Shown: one piece after another, positions 1-9,064 of the stretch | Numbering within the stretch: position 1 is the first letter of the stretch | Layout of the letters: each line of letters begins with the position of its first letter | Assembly (NCBI RefSeq): GCF_017876815.1 | Contig: NZ_JAGIOS010000002.1 | Coordinates: 960,001-992,000, forward strand | Source of the DNA: Sinorhizobium meliloti | Lineage (GTDB): Bacteria; Pseudomonadota; Alphaproteobacteria; Rhizobiales; Rhizobiaceae | DNA: 32,000 nt | Direction: 5' to 3' | Made by a program: the position numbers and the translations under genes | Notes under the pieces: generated by a model | What the model was told of the DNA's origin: nothing | Seen by the model: only the letters and a program-made list of their open reading frames with translations | The model's database searches: none

Positions 1-201
1 GTATTGGGCAAATGCGCCTGCTCGATCGATGTGATCGCTTCCATCCTGCCCTATGACAAATATGTCCAGGCTGAAACGGTGCTGTCTCTCCAGCAGGGGA
101 GCGGCGAGCAGCTGGCCATGTTCAAGTCGGCGGTCGTGCCACGCACCATGGTCGCGGATATGAGACGCGCCCAGGCCGAGGCGGAGATGCTGTGTTTTTA
201 A
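1..201 (+). CDS. 3' end of a CDS entering from upstream of the window (partial, function unknown)
   Basis: Frame 1 is open from base 1 to TAA 199-201. Codon position 3 shows the strong G/C preference of real genes in this DNA. No family is recognisable from the 66 C-terminal residues. Confidence 0.4.
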   Translation, partial: VLGKCACSIDVIASILPYDKYVQAETVLSLQQGSGEQLAMFKSAVVPRTMVADMRRAQAEAEMLCF

Positions 202-203
202 AA

Positions 204-251
204 GCACTTCCAGGAAAAGTGTGTAGCGGTTCTTCGTCGGGAAGTGCGTGG
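204..251 (+). repeat. Intergenic palindromic repeat, family 1, copy A
   Basis: 8-bp inverted arms gcacttcc (204-211) and ggaagtgc (240-247) flank a core gaaaagtgtgtagcggtt. A degenerate copy in the same orientation lies at 2321-2383. It sits between two convergent stop codons (201 and 275). Confidence 0.55.
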
Positions 252-274
252 CCTCAGGCTGATTCAGCTATCAT

Positions 275-1087
275 TCAGGCGGGCGGCGTCTTCGGCAGGA
301 CGCGGTCGAAGACATTGCCGTCCGTGTCGACCGCATGGACCGTGAAGTCCGGGGCACCATTGTCGGTATAGCTGAAGCGGAACACGGGATTTTCACTGAT
401 CGATATCCCGCCGTCGAGCGCGAACAGAAGCTCGTCTCCCTGCTTCACGACCAATTCGGTGATGAATTTCGCACTGACGAAGAGCTGAGTGATCTGGTCC
501 CGCTGGAGACCGGAATAGTTCGGATGGCGGATCATGATCTGCGCCTCGCGGCGGGCTTTTTGTACTTCGCCCTTGCCATCGAAGAGCTTCAGCCGCATCT
601 CTCCCATGTCCTTCAGCGCCGCGACCGGGTCCTTTGTGGCGGGCGCCGAGCAGCCGCCGGATGCCTTGACGAAGCGGCCATTCATGAAAATGCCCCGCGG
701 CGTTTCGGCGATCGCTCGGATGTTCGAATATTGGTTGACGCGCACGCGGGTTTCGAATTTCAGCGGTGCCATTGCGGGGCCGAAGCGGATTTCGGCGGCC
801 ACCGGCGCCGGGTTCTCGTCGATCACCAGCTTGAGGGATTCGATCGGGTCCGCCGCCGCGTCCGTCTGCTCGATCGTGACCGGCACCGTCGCGGCGTCGT
901 TGGCGCGGTAGGGCGCGGTGACGGAGAACAGGGCGGAGCCGTCGAGAATGGCCGCCTCGCCGACGACGTCGCCCTTCAAATCGCGCCAGGTCGTGCCGTC
1001 TGCTAGCGGGTTGTTCGGCTTCTCCGGCTCGGCAAGTGCGAGGCTTGCCGTCAGCGTGACGGGAATAAGCGCGAGAATGAGCTTCAT
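275..1087 (-). CDS. Periplasmic SoxY-SoxZ fusion protein (quinoprotein dehydrogenase-associated SoxYZ-like carrier type)
   Basis: ATG at 1085-1087 with a purine-rich AAGGGGG upstream. Signal peptide MKLILALIPVTLTASLALA. The only cysteine is in GGC (KASGGCSAP; Cys146 codon 650-652), the SoxY carrier motif. The C-terminal half is beta-rich like SoxZ. Confidence 0.75.
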   Translation of the reverse strand: MKLILALIPVTLTASLALAEPEKPNNPLADGTTWRDLKGDVVGEAAILDGSALFSVTAPYRANDAATVPVTIEQTDAAADPIESLKLVIDENPAPVAAEIRFGPAMAPLKFETRVRVNQYSNIRAIAETPRGIFMNGRFVKASGGCSAPATKDPVAALKDMGEMRLKLFDGKGEVQKARREAQIMIRHPNYSGLQRDQITQLFVSAKFITELVVKQGDELLFALDGGISISENPVFRFSYTDNGAPDFTVHAVDTDGNVFDRVLPKTPPA

Positions 1088-1221
1088 GGTTCAAAGCCCC
1101 CTTTTTGGACAGGCTGCGAGTATCTTATAGCATAGAACGAGATGCCCGGGAGCAGAAGCGAGCCTTTCGGATATGTTGTCTGGCGCGACCGGCGGCCGCA
1201 ATCTTGTAGATCGCCGAGTTC

Positions 1222-2319
1222 GTGTATCGCCCACTTTTTCGAAAATGCCGGGGGCTCGAGGTGTTCGAAGCATTCGTGACGATGTGCATCCTTGCTGCAG
1301 CCGTTCCTGACGCGCCGCCGAGCGAGATGTGCCGGGCGGCATTGCTGCCCGGCTTTGCGGCGGAGACGAAAGCGGGGTGCGAGCATGCGTTGCACTCCGT
1401 CATACGCAAGCCGGACGACTGGACCGAGAAGCCGCCATTTTGTGCCCCGAGGCCGAAGTCGGCTCTTTCCTTCAGCGAAGCGGCCCCAGGGGTCTTCCTG
1501 CATCGCGGCCGGGTGGCGGAGCCGGATGCGGAAAACGGCGGCGACGTGTCCAACTTCGGCTTCGTCGTAGGGTCGCGCAGCATCGCCGTGATCGATTCCG
1601 GCGGCGCGCGCAAACTCGGAGAAGAGATCTATCTGGCGATCCGCGAACGAAGTCGCCTGCCGATCAGCCATCTGGTCCTGACGCATATGCATCCGGACCA
1701 CGTCTTCGGCGCCGAGCCGCTCCGCGAGGCAGGCGCGGCAGTGCTCGGCCAGGCGAATTTACCGCGTGCGCTCTCCGACCGCGCCGAAGACTATCGCGCA
1801 AGCTACGCCCGTCGGATCGGCGAGGCGGCCTTCCTGGGCAGCCGCATAGTCGCGCCGGATCGGACGATAGCGCAGCAGGAGGCGATCGACCTCGGCGGCA
1901 GGGTGCTGGAGCTGCGCGCCTGGCCAACGGCGCACACCTCTACCGACCTCACTGTCTTCGACCGGACGTCCGGTATCCTTTTCGCCGGCGATCTTCTGTT
2001 CGACAGGCACACGCCGGCCCTCGACGGTTCGCTGCGCGGCTGGCTCGCCGTTCTTTCCGAAATGAAGGACCTCGGCGCGCCGAAGGTCGTGCCGGGCCAT
2101 GGAGGGCCGCTGCTCGACTGGCCGCAGGCCGCCGCGCCGCTCGAACGCTACCTCCGTGTTCTGGAGTCCGACACGAAGAAAGCGCTCGACGAGGGCCTGG
2201 CGCTCGGGGAAGCAAACGAGGTCATCGGTCAAAGCGAATCGGGCCGATGGCGCCTGTTCGATCTCTTGAACCCGCAAAACGCCACGGCAGCCTATACGGA
2301 GATGGAATGGGATCCTTAG
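1222..2319 (+). CDS. Metallo-beta-lactamase-fold hydrolase (quinoprotein relay system zinc metallohydrolase-like)
   Basis: HxHxDH zinc motif (THMHPDHVFG) plus later His/Asp ligands (TAHTSTD, PGHGGP). Start is uncertain: GTG 1222, ATG 1282 or ATG 1327, none with a strong RBS. Divergent from the SoxYZ-like gene. Confidence 0.75.
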   Translation: MYRPLFRKCRGLEVFEAFVTMCILAAAVPDAPPSEMCRAALLPGFAAETKAGCEHALHSVIRKPDDWTEKPPFCAPRPKSALSFSEAAPGVFLHRGRVAEPDAENGGDVSNFGFVVGSRSIAVIDSGGARKLGEEIYLAIRERSRLPISHLVLTHMHPDHVFGAEPLREAGAAVLGQANLPRALSDRAEDYRASYARRIGEAAFLGSRIVAPDRTIAQQEAIDLGGRVLELRAWPTAHTSTDLTVFDRTSGILFAGDLLFDRHTPALDGSLRGWLAVLSEMKDLGAPKVVPGHGGPLLDWPQAAAPLERYLRVLESDTKKALDEGLALGEANEVIGQSESGRWRLFDLLNPQNATAAYTEMEWDP

Positions 2320-2320
2320 A

Positions 2321-2383
2321 GCCACTCCCGCGAAAGTGTGACGGTTTCCCGTGCGGGAAGTGCGTAGTTTCAAAGCGCTAGCG
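2321..2383 (+). repeat. Intergenic repeat, family 1, copy B (degenerate)
   Basis: gccactcccgcgaaagtgtgacggtttcccgtgcgggaagtgcgtag aligns with 204-251 (shared GAAAGTGTG..CGGTT..CGGGAAGTGCGT). It also lies between convergent gene ends (2319 and 2448). Confidence 0.5.
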
Positions 2384-2447
2384 GGGTGACAAATGCGGAA
2401 TTGATCCTCTCGGGAGGCACGATGCGCAGATCCGATGCGTTCAGGCG

Positions 2448-3089
2448 TCAATCAGGCACATGCTTCAGCAGCATCTGTGCGATGGCATAGGCGCGTTTTT
2501 CCAGAAGCACCGGCGTTTCGCAGACATAGGTGAGCGCCTGCGAGCGATCGCGATAAATGCGCTCGTCCCAGTCGATCTGTTCCTCCAGCTTGTCGATACG
2601 GTCGAAATCGGGGCTTTTCTCCCGCGAGAGCTTCGCCATCTCGACGCGCGCGCCTTCGATGCGCGACGAGAGCGCGATCTGGCTGCGGGAATAGCGGGCT
2701 ATCCCGGCGATCAGCCGCTGTCGGGTCTCGGCGATATTGTCGAACACGCCGTAGAAAATGTTGCCGAGAAGTTGACCGTCGGCCTGCTTGTTCCGCTCCA
2801 CGAAAGCCCTGACATGCGCGTCGGCCTCTTCCAGGCTGACCCGGCGAAGCGACAATGCTTCCACGAGATCGGTTGCTTCGGGCGAAAGAGGCGTGCGGGT
2901 CACCGGCGCGGGCCACATCAGGCTCGCCGACAGGTTCTCGACCTTGCGCTGGATACAGGGCCAGTCGGGATCGGAAAAATCCATTGCTCCTGCGATGCCG
3001 GGGGCTTGCGTCAGGCAAAGCGCCAGCCCTAGCGCCAGATTGAGCGGCAAACCGCGCATCCGGCGAAGCGCATGACAGGCGACTCTCAT
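2448..3089 (-). CDS. Secreted hypothetical protein, charged and helix-rich
   Basis: ATG 3087-3089 with GGAGA 8 nt upstream (alternative ATG at 3059). Signal-like MRGLPLNLALGLALCLTQAPGIAGA. Codon bias is good. I recognise no family. Confidence 0.6.
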   Translation of the reverse strand: MRVACHALRRMRGLPLNLALGLALCLTQAPGIAGAMDFSDPDWPCIQRKVENLSASLMWPAPVTRTPLSPEATDLVEALSLRRVSLEEADAHVRAFVERNKQADGQLLGNIFYGVFDNIAETRQRLIAGIARYSRSQIALSSRIEGARVEMAKLSREKSPDFDRIDKLEEQIDWDERIYRDRSQALTYVCETPVLLEKRAYAIAQMLLKHVPD

Positions 3090-3258
3090 CCTTGATGTCT
3101 CCGTGTTCTCACCGGTGTCAGTATAGGGTGACCGGGGGAGAAGCCAAAGGTCGCGTTTTACACACTAAGGTCGCAATTGTCTTTGTGCTTTGGCCCGTCT
3201 GTAATCTGTGCACACGGCCTCACAAGGCCGCTTACATAAAGTAGTACCGGAGGCATCC

Positions 3259-4386
<1,128 letters not shown>

Positions 4387-4394
4387 GCGCGAAG

Positions 4395-5225
4395 ATGGAA
4401 CTCGTAACGCAAAGCCAATGTTTCGGCGGAACCCAGTCGGTCTACCGCCACGCCTCCGAGGTTTGCGGCGTCGAGATGACATTCGGCCTCTACATGCCGC
4501 CACAGGCGCGGACGCGTTCGGTACCGCTCCTGTGGTATCTCTCGGGCCTGACATGCACGCATGAGAACGCGATGATCAAGGCGGGCCTGCAGCGGCACGC
4601 GGCCGAGCAGGGGCTGGCGCTGGTTTTCCCCGACACCTCGCCGCGCGGCGAGGGCGTGGCCGACGACGAGGCCTATGATCTCGGTCAGGGTGCGGGCTTC
4701 TATGTCAATGCGACGCAGAAGCCCTGGTCGCCGCACTATCGCATGTATGATTACATCGTCACCGAATTGCCCGCCCTTCTGCAGGAGCAGTTGCCGCTCA
4801 ACGGCGTCAACGGCATTACCGGGCACTCGATGGGCGGCCACGGCGCGCTGACGATCGCCTTCCGCAATCCGGAATTGTTCCGCTCCGTTTCGGCCTTCGC
4901 GCCGATCGTGAATCCGACCCGGTCCGACTGGGGGCGTAAGCAGTTCTCGGCCTATCTCGGCGACGACGAGGCCGACTGGGGCAGCTATGACGCCTGCCTG
5001 CTTCTCGGCGAGCTCGGCTGGCATGGCGATATCCTGATCGATCAGGGCGCGGCGGACCAGTTTCTGGACGAGCTGCAGCCTGAGGCTATGGCCCGCTTGC
5101 TGGCGGAGCGGCGGCAGGCCGGCGTGGTCCGGCTGCAGGCGGGTTACGATCACAGCTATTATTTCGTGGCGAGCTTCGGCGAGGACCACGTGCGCTGGCA
5201 TGCAGAGCGGCTGAATGCCGCGTAA
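4395..5225 (+). CDS. fghA: S-formylglutathione hydrolase (esterase D family)
   Basis: ATG 4395 lies 8 nt after the adhC stop. Nucleophile elbow GHSMGGHGA and C-terminal GYDHSYYF motif. 276 aa. The track ORF 3531-5225 is this gene fused to an out-of-frame upstream extension. Confidence 0.92.
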   Translation: MELVTQSQCFGGTQSVYRHASEVCGVEMTFGLYMPPQARTRSVPLLWYLSGLTCTHENAMIKAGLQRHAAEQGLALVFPDTSPRGEGVADDEAYDLGQGAGFYVNATQKPWSPHYRMYDYIVTELPALLQEQLPLNGVNGITGHSMGGHGALTIAFRNPELFRSVSAFAPIVNPTRSDWGRKQFSAYLGDDEADWGSYDACLLLGELGWHGDILIDQGAADQFLDELQPEAMARLLAERRQAGVVRLQAGYDHSYYFVASFGEDHVRWHAERLNAA

Positions 5226-5238
5226 GGGAGAGGAAAGA

Positions 5239-5649
5239 ATGGCTTTTAGACTTGGTACCCTGTTGACCGCTTTCGTCCTGTTCGGTGGAACTCTTGGCGC
5301 TGCTGCGCCGGCTCTTGCCCTGGATCCCTCGGTCGGAGATCCCGGGGCAGGCGAGAAAGTCTTCCGCAAGTGTCAGGCCTGTCACGCCGTCGGTCCGGAT
5401 GCCAAATCGAAGACCGGACCCTTGCTGAACGGGATAATCGGCCGGTCGGCCGGCAAAGCCGAAGGCTACGCCTACTCGCCGGCGATGAGCAAGGCGGCCG
5501 AGGCAGGACTTACCTGGACGCCGGAGAAGATCGCTGAGTTTCTGACGAGTCCGAAGGGCTTCCTACCCGGCACCAAGATGACCTTTGCGGGTCTGCGCAA
5601 GGATCAGGAGCGCGCCGATATAATCGCGTATCTGGCAACCTTTCCCTGA
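5239..5649 (+). CDS. Periplasmic class I c-type cytochrome (c2/c550-like)
   Basis: ATG 5239 after GGAGAGGAAAG. Signal peptide ending ALALD. Single heme motif CQACH with a distal Met region (PGTKMTFAG). Confidence 0.85.
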   Translation: MAFRLGTLLTAFVLFGGTLGAAAPALALDPSVGDPGAGEKVFRKCQACHAVGPDAKSKTGPLLNGIIGRSAGKAEGYAYSPAMSKAAEAGLTWTPEKIAEFLTSPKGFLPGTKMTFAGLRKDQERADIIAYLATFP

Positions 5650-5826
5650 TCGAAGAGGAGGAGGCGAAAACAAGGACAGAAGCAAGGTACCCCTGTAGCA
5701 GACGGAGCTTTCTCCAGCGGCAGGGGCAGAGTCGCAAGCCGATACCGGGAGATGAGGAGACCGCGAGGTTTTCCCGGAGCGAGCGGGTTCAACGGCCCTA
5801 TCGGCAGCACCCAAGAGGAGGATGAA

Positions 5827-7632
5827 ATGAAACGACTTCTTACAATGCTTGCCATTATGTCGATAGGCGGCGGTGCACAGGTCGCTTTCGCCAACGATGA
5901 GTTGCAGAAGCTCATCGATGACCCCAATCAATGGGCCATCCAGACCGGCGATTATGCCAACCTGCGCTACTCCAAGCTCGACCAGATCAACAAGGACAAC
6001 GTAGGCAAACTTCAGGTTGCCTGGACCTTCTCGACCGGCGTTCTGCGTGGTCACGAAGGTTCGCCGCTCGTCATCGGCGACCTGATGTACGTCCATACGC
6101 CGTTCCCGAACACGGTCTACGCGCTGGATCTCAGCAAGGATGGCCAGATCGTCTGGAAATACGAGCCGAAGCAGGATCCGAACGTGATCCCGGTGATGTG
6201 TTGCGACACCGTTAATCGCGGCGTGGCCTATGCGGATAACAAGATCTTCCTGCATCAGGCCGATACGACGGTCGTGGCACTCGACGCCAAGACCGGCAAG
6301 GTCATCTGGAGCGTCAAGAACGGCGATGCTACCAAGGGCGAGACGAATACCGCCACCGTCATGCCGGTGAAGGATAAGATTCTCGTCGGCATATCCGGCG
6401 GCGAGTTCGGCGTCCGCGGTCACGTGACGGCCTATTCGATGGCAGACGGGAAGGTCCTGTGGCGTGGTTACTCCATGGGGCCGGACAGCGATACGCTGAT
6501 CGATCCTGAAAAGACTACCCATCTGGGCAAGCCGGTCGGCAAGGACTCCGGCCTCACCACCTGGGAAGGCGATCAGTGGAAGATCGGCGGCGGCACGACC
6601 TGGGGCTGGTACTCCTACGATCCGGAAGAAAATCTGGTATATTACGGAACCGGTAACCCTTCGACCTGGAACCCGACCCAGCGGCCGGGCGACAATCGGT
6701 GGTCGATGACCATCTTCGCGCGTGATGTCGATACCGGCATGGCCAAATGGCTCTATCAGATGACGCCCCATGACGAATGGGACTATGACGGCGTCAACGA
6801 GATGATCCTGACCGAACAGCAGATCGACGGTAAGGACCGCAAGCTGCTGACCCACTTCGACCGGAACGGCTTCGGCTATACGATGGACCGCGTCACTGGC
6901 GAGCTGCTCGTGGCCGAGAAATACGATCCCACGGTCAACTGGGCGACTGAAGTGGTCATGGACCCGAAGTCCGACAAATACGGTCGGCCTCAGGTCGTGG
7001 CACAGTATTCGACCGAGCAAAACGGCGAAGACACCAACACCACCGGCGTCTGCCCGGCGGCACTCGGCACCAAGGACCAGCAGCCTGCGGCCTATTCGCC
7101 TAAGACCGAGCTGTTCTATGTGCCCACCAACCACGTCTGCATGGACTACGAGCCTTTCCGGGTAAGCTACACCGCCGGCCAACCCTATGTCGGGGCCACG
7201 CTTTCGATGTACCCGCCGAAGGACAGCCACGGCGGCATGGGCAATTTCATTGCCTGGGACAACAAGGAAGGCAAGATCAAGTGGTCTCTGCCGGAGCCTT
7301 TCTCGGTCTGGTCCGGCGCTCTGGCGACAGCCGGCGATGTGGTCTTCTACGGAACGCTCGAGGGCTATCTCAAGGCGGTCGACGCGGCAACCGGCAAGGA
7401 GCTCTATCGCTTCAAGACGCCTTCCGGGGTGATCGGCAACGTGATGACCTATGCCCGTGAAGGCAAGCAGTACGTGGCGGTGCTCTCCGGTGTCGGCGGC
7501 TGGGCCGGTATCGGTCTGGCAGCGGGCCTGACCAACCCGACTGAAGGTCTGGGAGCCGTCGGCGGCTACTCGGCCCTCAGCAACTACACCGCACTCGGCG
7601 GCACGCTCACCGTGTTCAAGCTGCCGGAGTAA
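5827..7632 (+). CDS. xoxF: XoxF-type PQQ-dependent methanol/alcohol dehydrogenase (lanthanide-dependent type)
   Basis: ATG 5827 after GAGGAGGA. Signal peptide. Vicinal Cys-Cys (VMCCDT, 6199-6204). WDYDGVN with the extra Asp diagnostic of XoxF (DYD at 6781-6789). Repeated W-motif propeller blades. 601 aa. Confidence 0.93.
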   Translation: MKRLLTMLAIMSIGGGAQVAFANDELQKLIDDPNQWAIQTGDYANLRYSKLDQINKDNVGKLQVAWTFSTGVLRGHEGSPLVIGDLMYVHTPFPNTVYALDLSKDGQIVWKYEPKQDPNVIPVMCCDTVNRGVAYADNKIFLHQADTTVVALDAKTGKVIWSVKNGDATKGETNTATVMPVKDKILVGISGGEFGVRGHVTAYSMADGKVLWRGYSMGPDSDTLIDPEKTTHLGKPVGKDSGLTTWEGDQWKIGGGTTWGWYSYDPEENLVYYGTGNPSTWNPTQRPGDNRWSMTIFARDVDTGMAKWLYQMTPHDEWDYDGVNEMILTEQQIDGKDRKLLTHFDRNGFGYTMDRVTGELLVAEKYDPTVNWATEVVMDPKSDKYGRPQVVAQYSTEQNGEDTNTTGVCPAALGTKDQQPAAYSPKTELFYVPTNHVCMDYEPFRVSYTAGQPYVGATLSMYPPKDSHGGMGNFIAWDNKEGKIKWSLPEPFSVWSGALATAGDVVFYGTLEGYLKAVDAATGKELYRFKTPSGVIGNVMTYAREGKQYVAVLSGVGGWAGIGLAAGLTNPTEGLGAVGGYSALSNYTALGGTLTVFKLPE

Positions 7633-7650
7633 GGGGCAAACTTCGCCCGG

Positions 7651-7685
7651 GAGTTGGCGCGGGCTCATAAAGCCCGCGCCAACTC
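7651..7685 (+). promoter_or_regulatory. Perfect 15-bp stem-loop between xoxF and xoxG
   Basis: gagttggcgcgggct (7651-7665), loop cataa, agcccgcgccaactc (7671-7685). The arms are exact reverse complements. No U-tract follows. Confidence 0.6.
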
Positions 7686-7710
7686 ATACCAGCCCCCAAA
7701 AGGACGCAAG

Positions 7711-8241
7711 ATGACCAGATCAAGACCAGCCGTACCGATGATCCTCGCCTTTTTGACGTTTATGGCGAGCGCCGCAGGCGCAGAAGATGCGCCAAAGGAC
7801 AACATCACCGCTGTGCGCGACGAAAACGGGCGCTACTACACCGCCGACGACGTTCCCACTTTCAAGATCGCCGAGGACGGCACGGTCGACTGGCTCACCT
7901 ATTCGGGCTTTCGCCGCTACCACTCGGAATGTCACGTCTGTCATGGCCCGGAGGGCGAGGGGTCGAGCTATGCGCCGGCCTTGAAGACCTCCGCGATCAA
8001 CATGGACTACTACGATTTCGTCGATGTCGTCACGAACGGGCGCAAGAAGGTGAACGCTGCCGAGAACTCGGTGATGCCTGCCTTCGGCGAGAACGTCAAC
8101 GTGATGTGTTATCTCGACGACATCTACGTCTATCTGAAAGCGCGCGGAGCCGATGCGCTGCCGCGGGGACGTCCGGCCAAGAAGGAAGCGAAATCCGATG
8201 CGATCAAGGAAGCTGAAACGGCTTGTCTCGGTCACGAGTAG
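7711..8241 (+). CDS. xoxG: XoxG, cytochrome cL-like electron acceptor of XoxF
   Basis: ATG 7711 after AAAAGGA. Signal peptide MTRSRPAVPMILAFLTFMASAAGA. Heme motif CHVCHG. It sits directly downstream of xoxF. Confidence 0.85.
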   Translation: MTRSRPAVPMILAFLTFMASAAGAEDAPKDNITAVRDENGRYYTADDVPTFKIAEDGTVDWLTYSGFRRYHSECHVCHGPEGEGSSYAPALKTSAINMDYYDFVDVVTNGRKKVNAAENSVMPAFGENVNVMCYLDDIYVYLKARGADALPRGRPAKKEAKSDAIKEAETACLGHE

Positions 8242-9064
8242 CCTCCTGGCAGCCGCCGGCGCTCTCATGGCGGCCGCCGGCTCTCAGCAGGCGGCGGCCC
8301 AGACATCGGATCTTGTTTCGAAGACGGCGTTTCGAGTCTGTGCCGATCCGGCCAATCTGCCGATGTCGGATCGTTCGGGTAAGGGCTACGAGAACAGGAT
8401 CGCCGAACTGATGGCATCCAAGCTCGGTTTGCCGGTGGAGTACACCTGGTTTCCGATGGCGACGGGCTTCGTGCGCAAGACCCTGCAGGCCAATGCCTGC
8501 GACGTGGTCATCGGTTTTGCCCAGGGCGATGAGCTGGTCCTGAACACCAACCATTACTATACATCGTCCTATGTGCTGATCGTTGCCTCGGAAGGTCCCC
8601 TGGGCGGTGTCACGACGCTTGCCGACCCTCTTCTCAAGGACAAGCGGATCGGCATCGTTGCGGGAACGCCGCCGGCGACGCATATGGCGAGAAACGGACT
8701 GCTGCCCAAGGCCAAAGGCTATCATTTGATGGTCGACCGGCGCTACGAGGATCCGGCCGACGACATGCTCGCTGACCTGGAATCCGGCGCCCTCGACGCA
8801 GCCATCCTCTGGGGGCCGATCGGCGGTCCGCTCGTCAAGGGAAGCCACCCGAAGCTGAAGGCGACCCCGCTTCTGTCGGAGACCACGCCGCCAAAGCTCT
8901 TCTACCGCATCACGATGGGCGTGCGGCAAGGCGAGAAGGTCTGGGAGCGCAAGCTCAATTCTCTCATTCGTCGAAATCAGTCCGAGATCAACGCGATCCT
9001 CGCCGATGCCGGCGTGCCGCTCCTGAACGACATGGGAACCGGCCCGCTCGAGGCGCAGCAATGA
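8198..9064 (+). CDS. xoxJ: XoxJ/MxaJ-like periplasmic binding-fold protein
   Basis: ATG 8198 gives a proper signal peptide (MRSRKLKRLVSVTSSLLAAAGALMAAAGSQQAAA). Type II solute-binding-protein-like sequence. Position is canonical after xoxF-xoxG. The start overlaps xoxG by 44 nt. Confidence 0.8.
   Translation: MRSRKLKRLVSVTSSLLAAAGALMAAAGSQQAAAQTSDLVSKTAFRVCADPANLPMSDRSGKGYENRIAELMASKLGLPVEYTWFPMATGFVRKTLQANACDVVIGFAQGDELVLNTNHYYTSSYVLIVASEGPLGGVTTLADPLLKDKRIGIVAGTPPATHMARNGLLPKAKGYHLMVDRRYEDPADDMLADLESGALDAAILWGPIGGPLVKGSHPKLKATPLLSETTPPKLFYRITMGVRQGEKVWERKLNSLIRRNQSEINAILADAGVPLLNDMGTGPLEAQQ

Noticed and set aside
5563-7668. 701-aa ORF on the minus strand, the second-longest in the track
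   Set aside because: It lies exactly antisense to a textbook XoxF, and its translation is Arg/Gly/Ala/Pro-rich low complexity with no RBS. This is a classic shadow ORF of GC-rich DNA.
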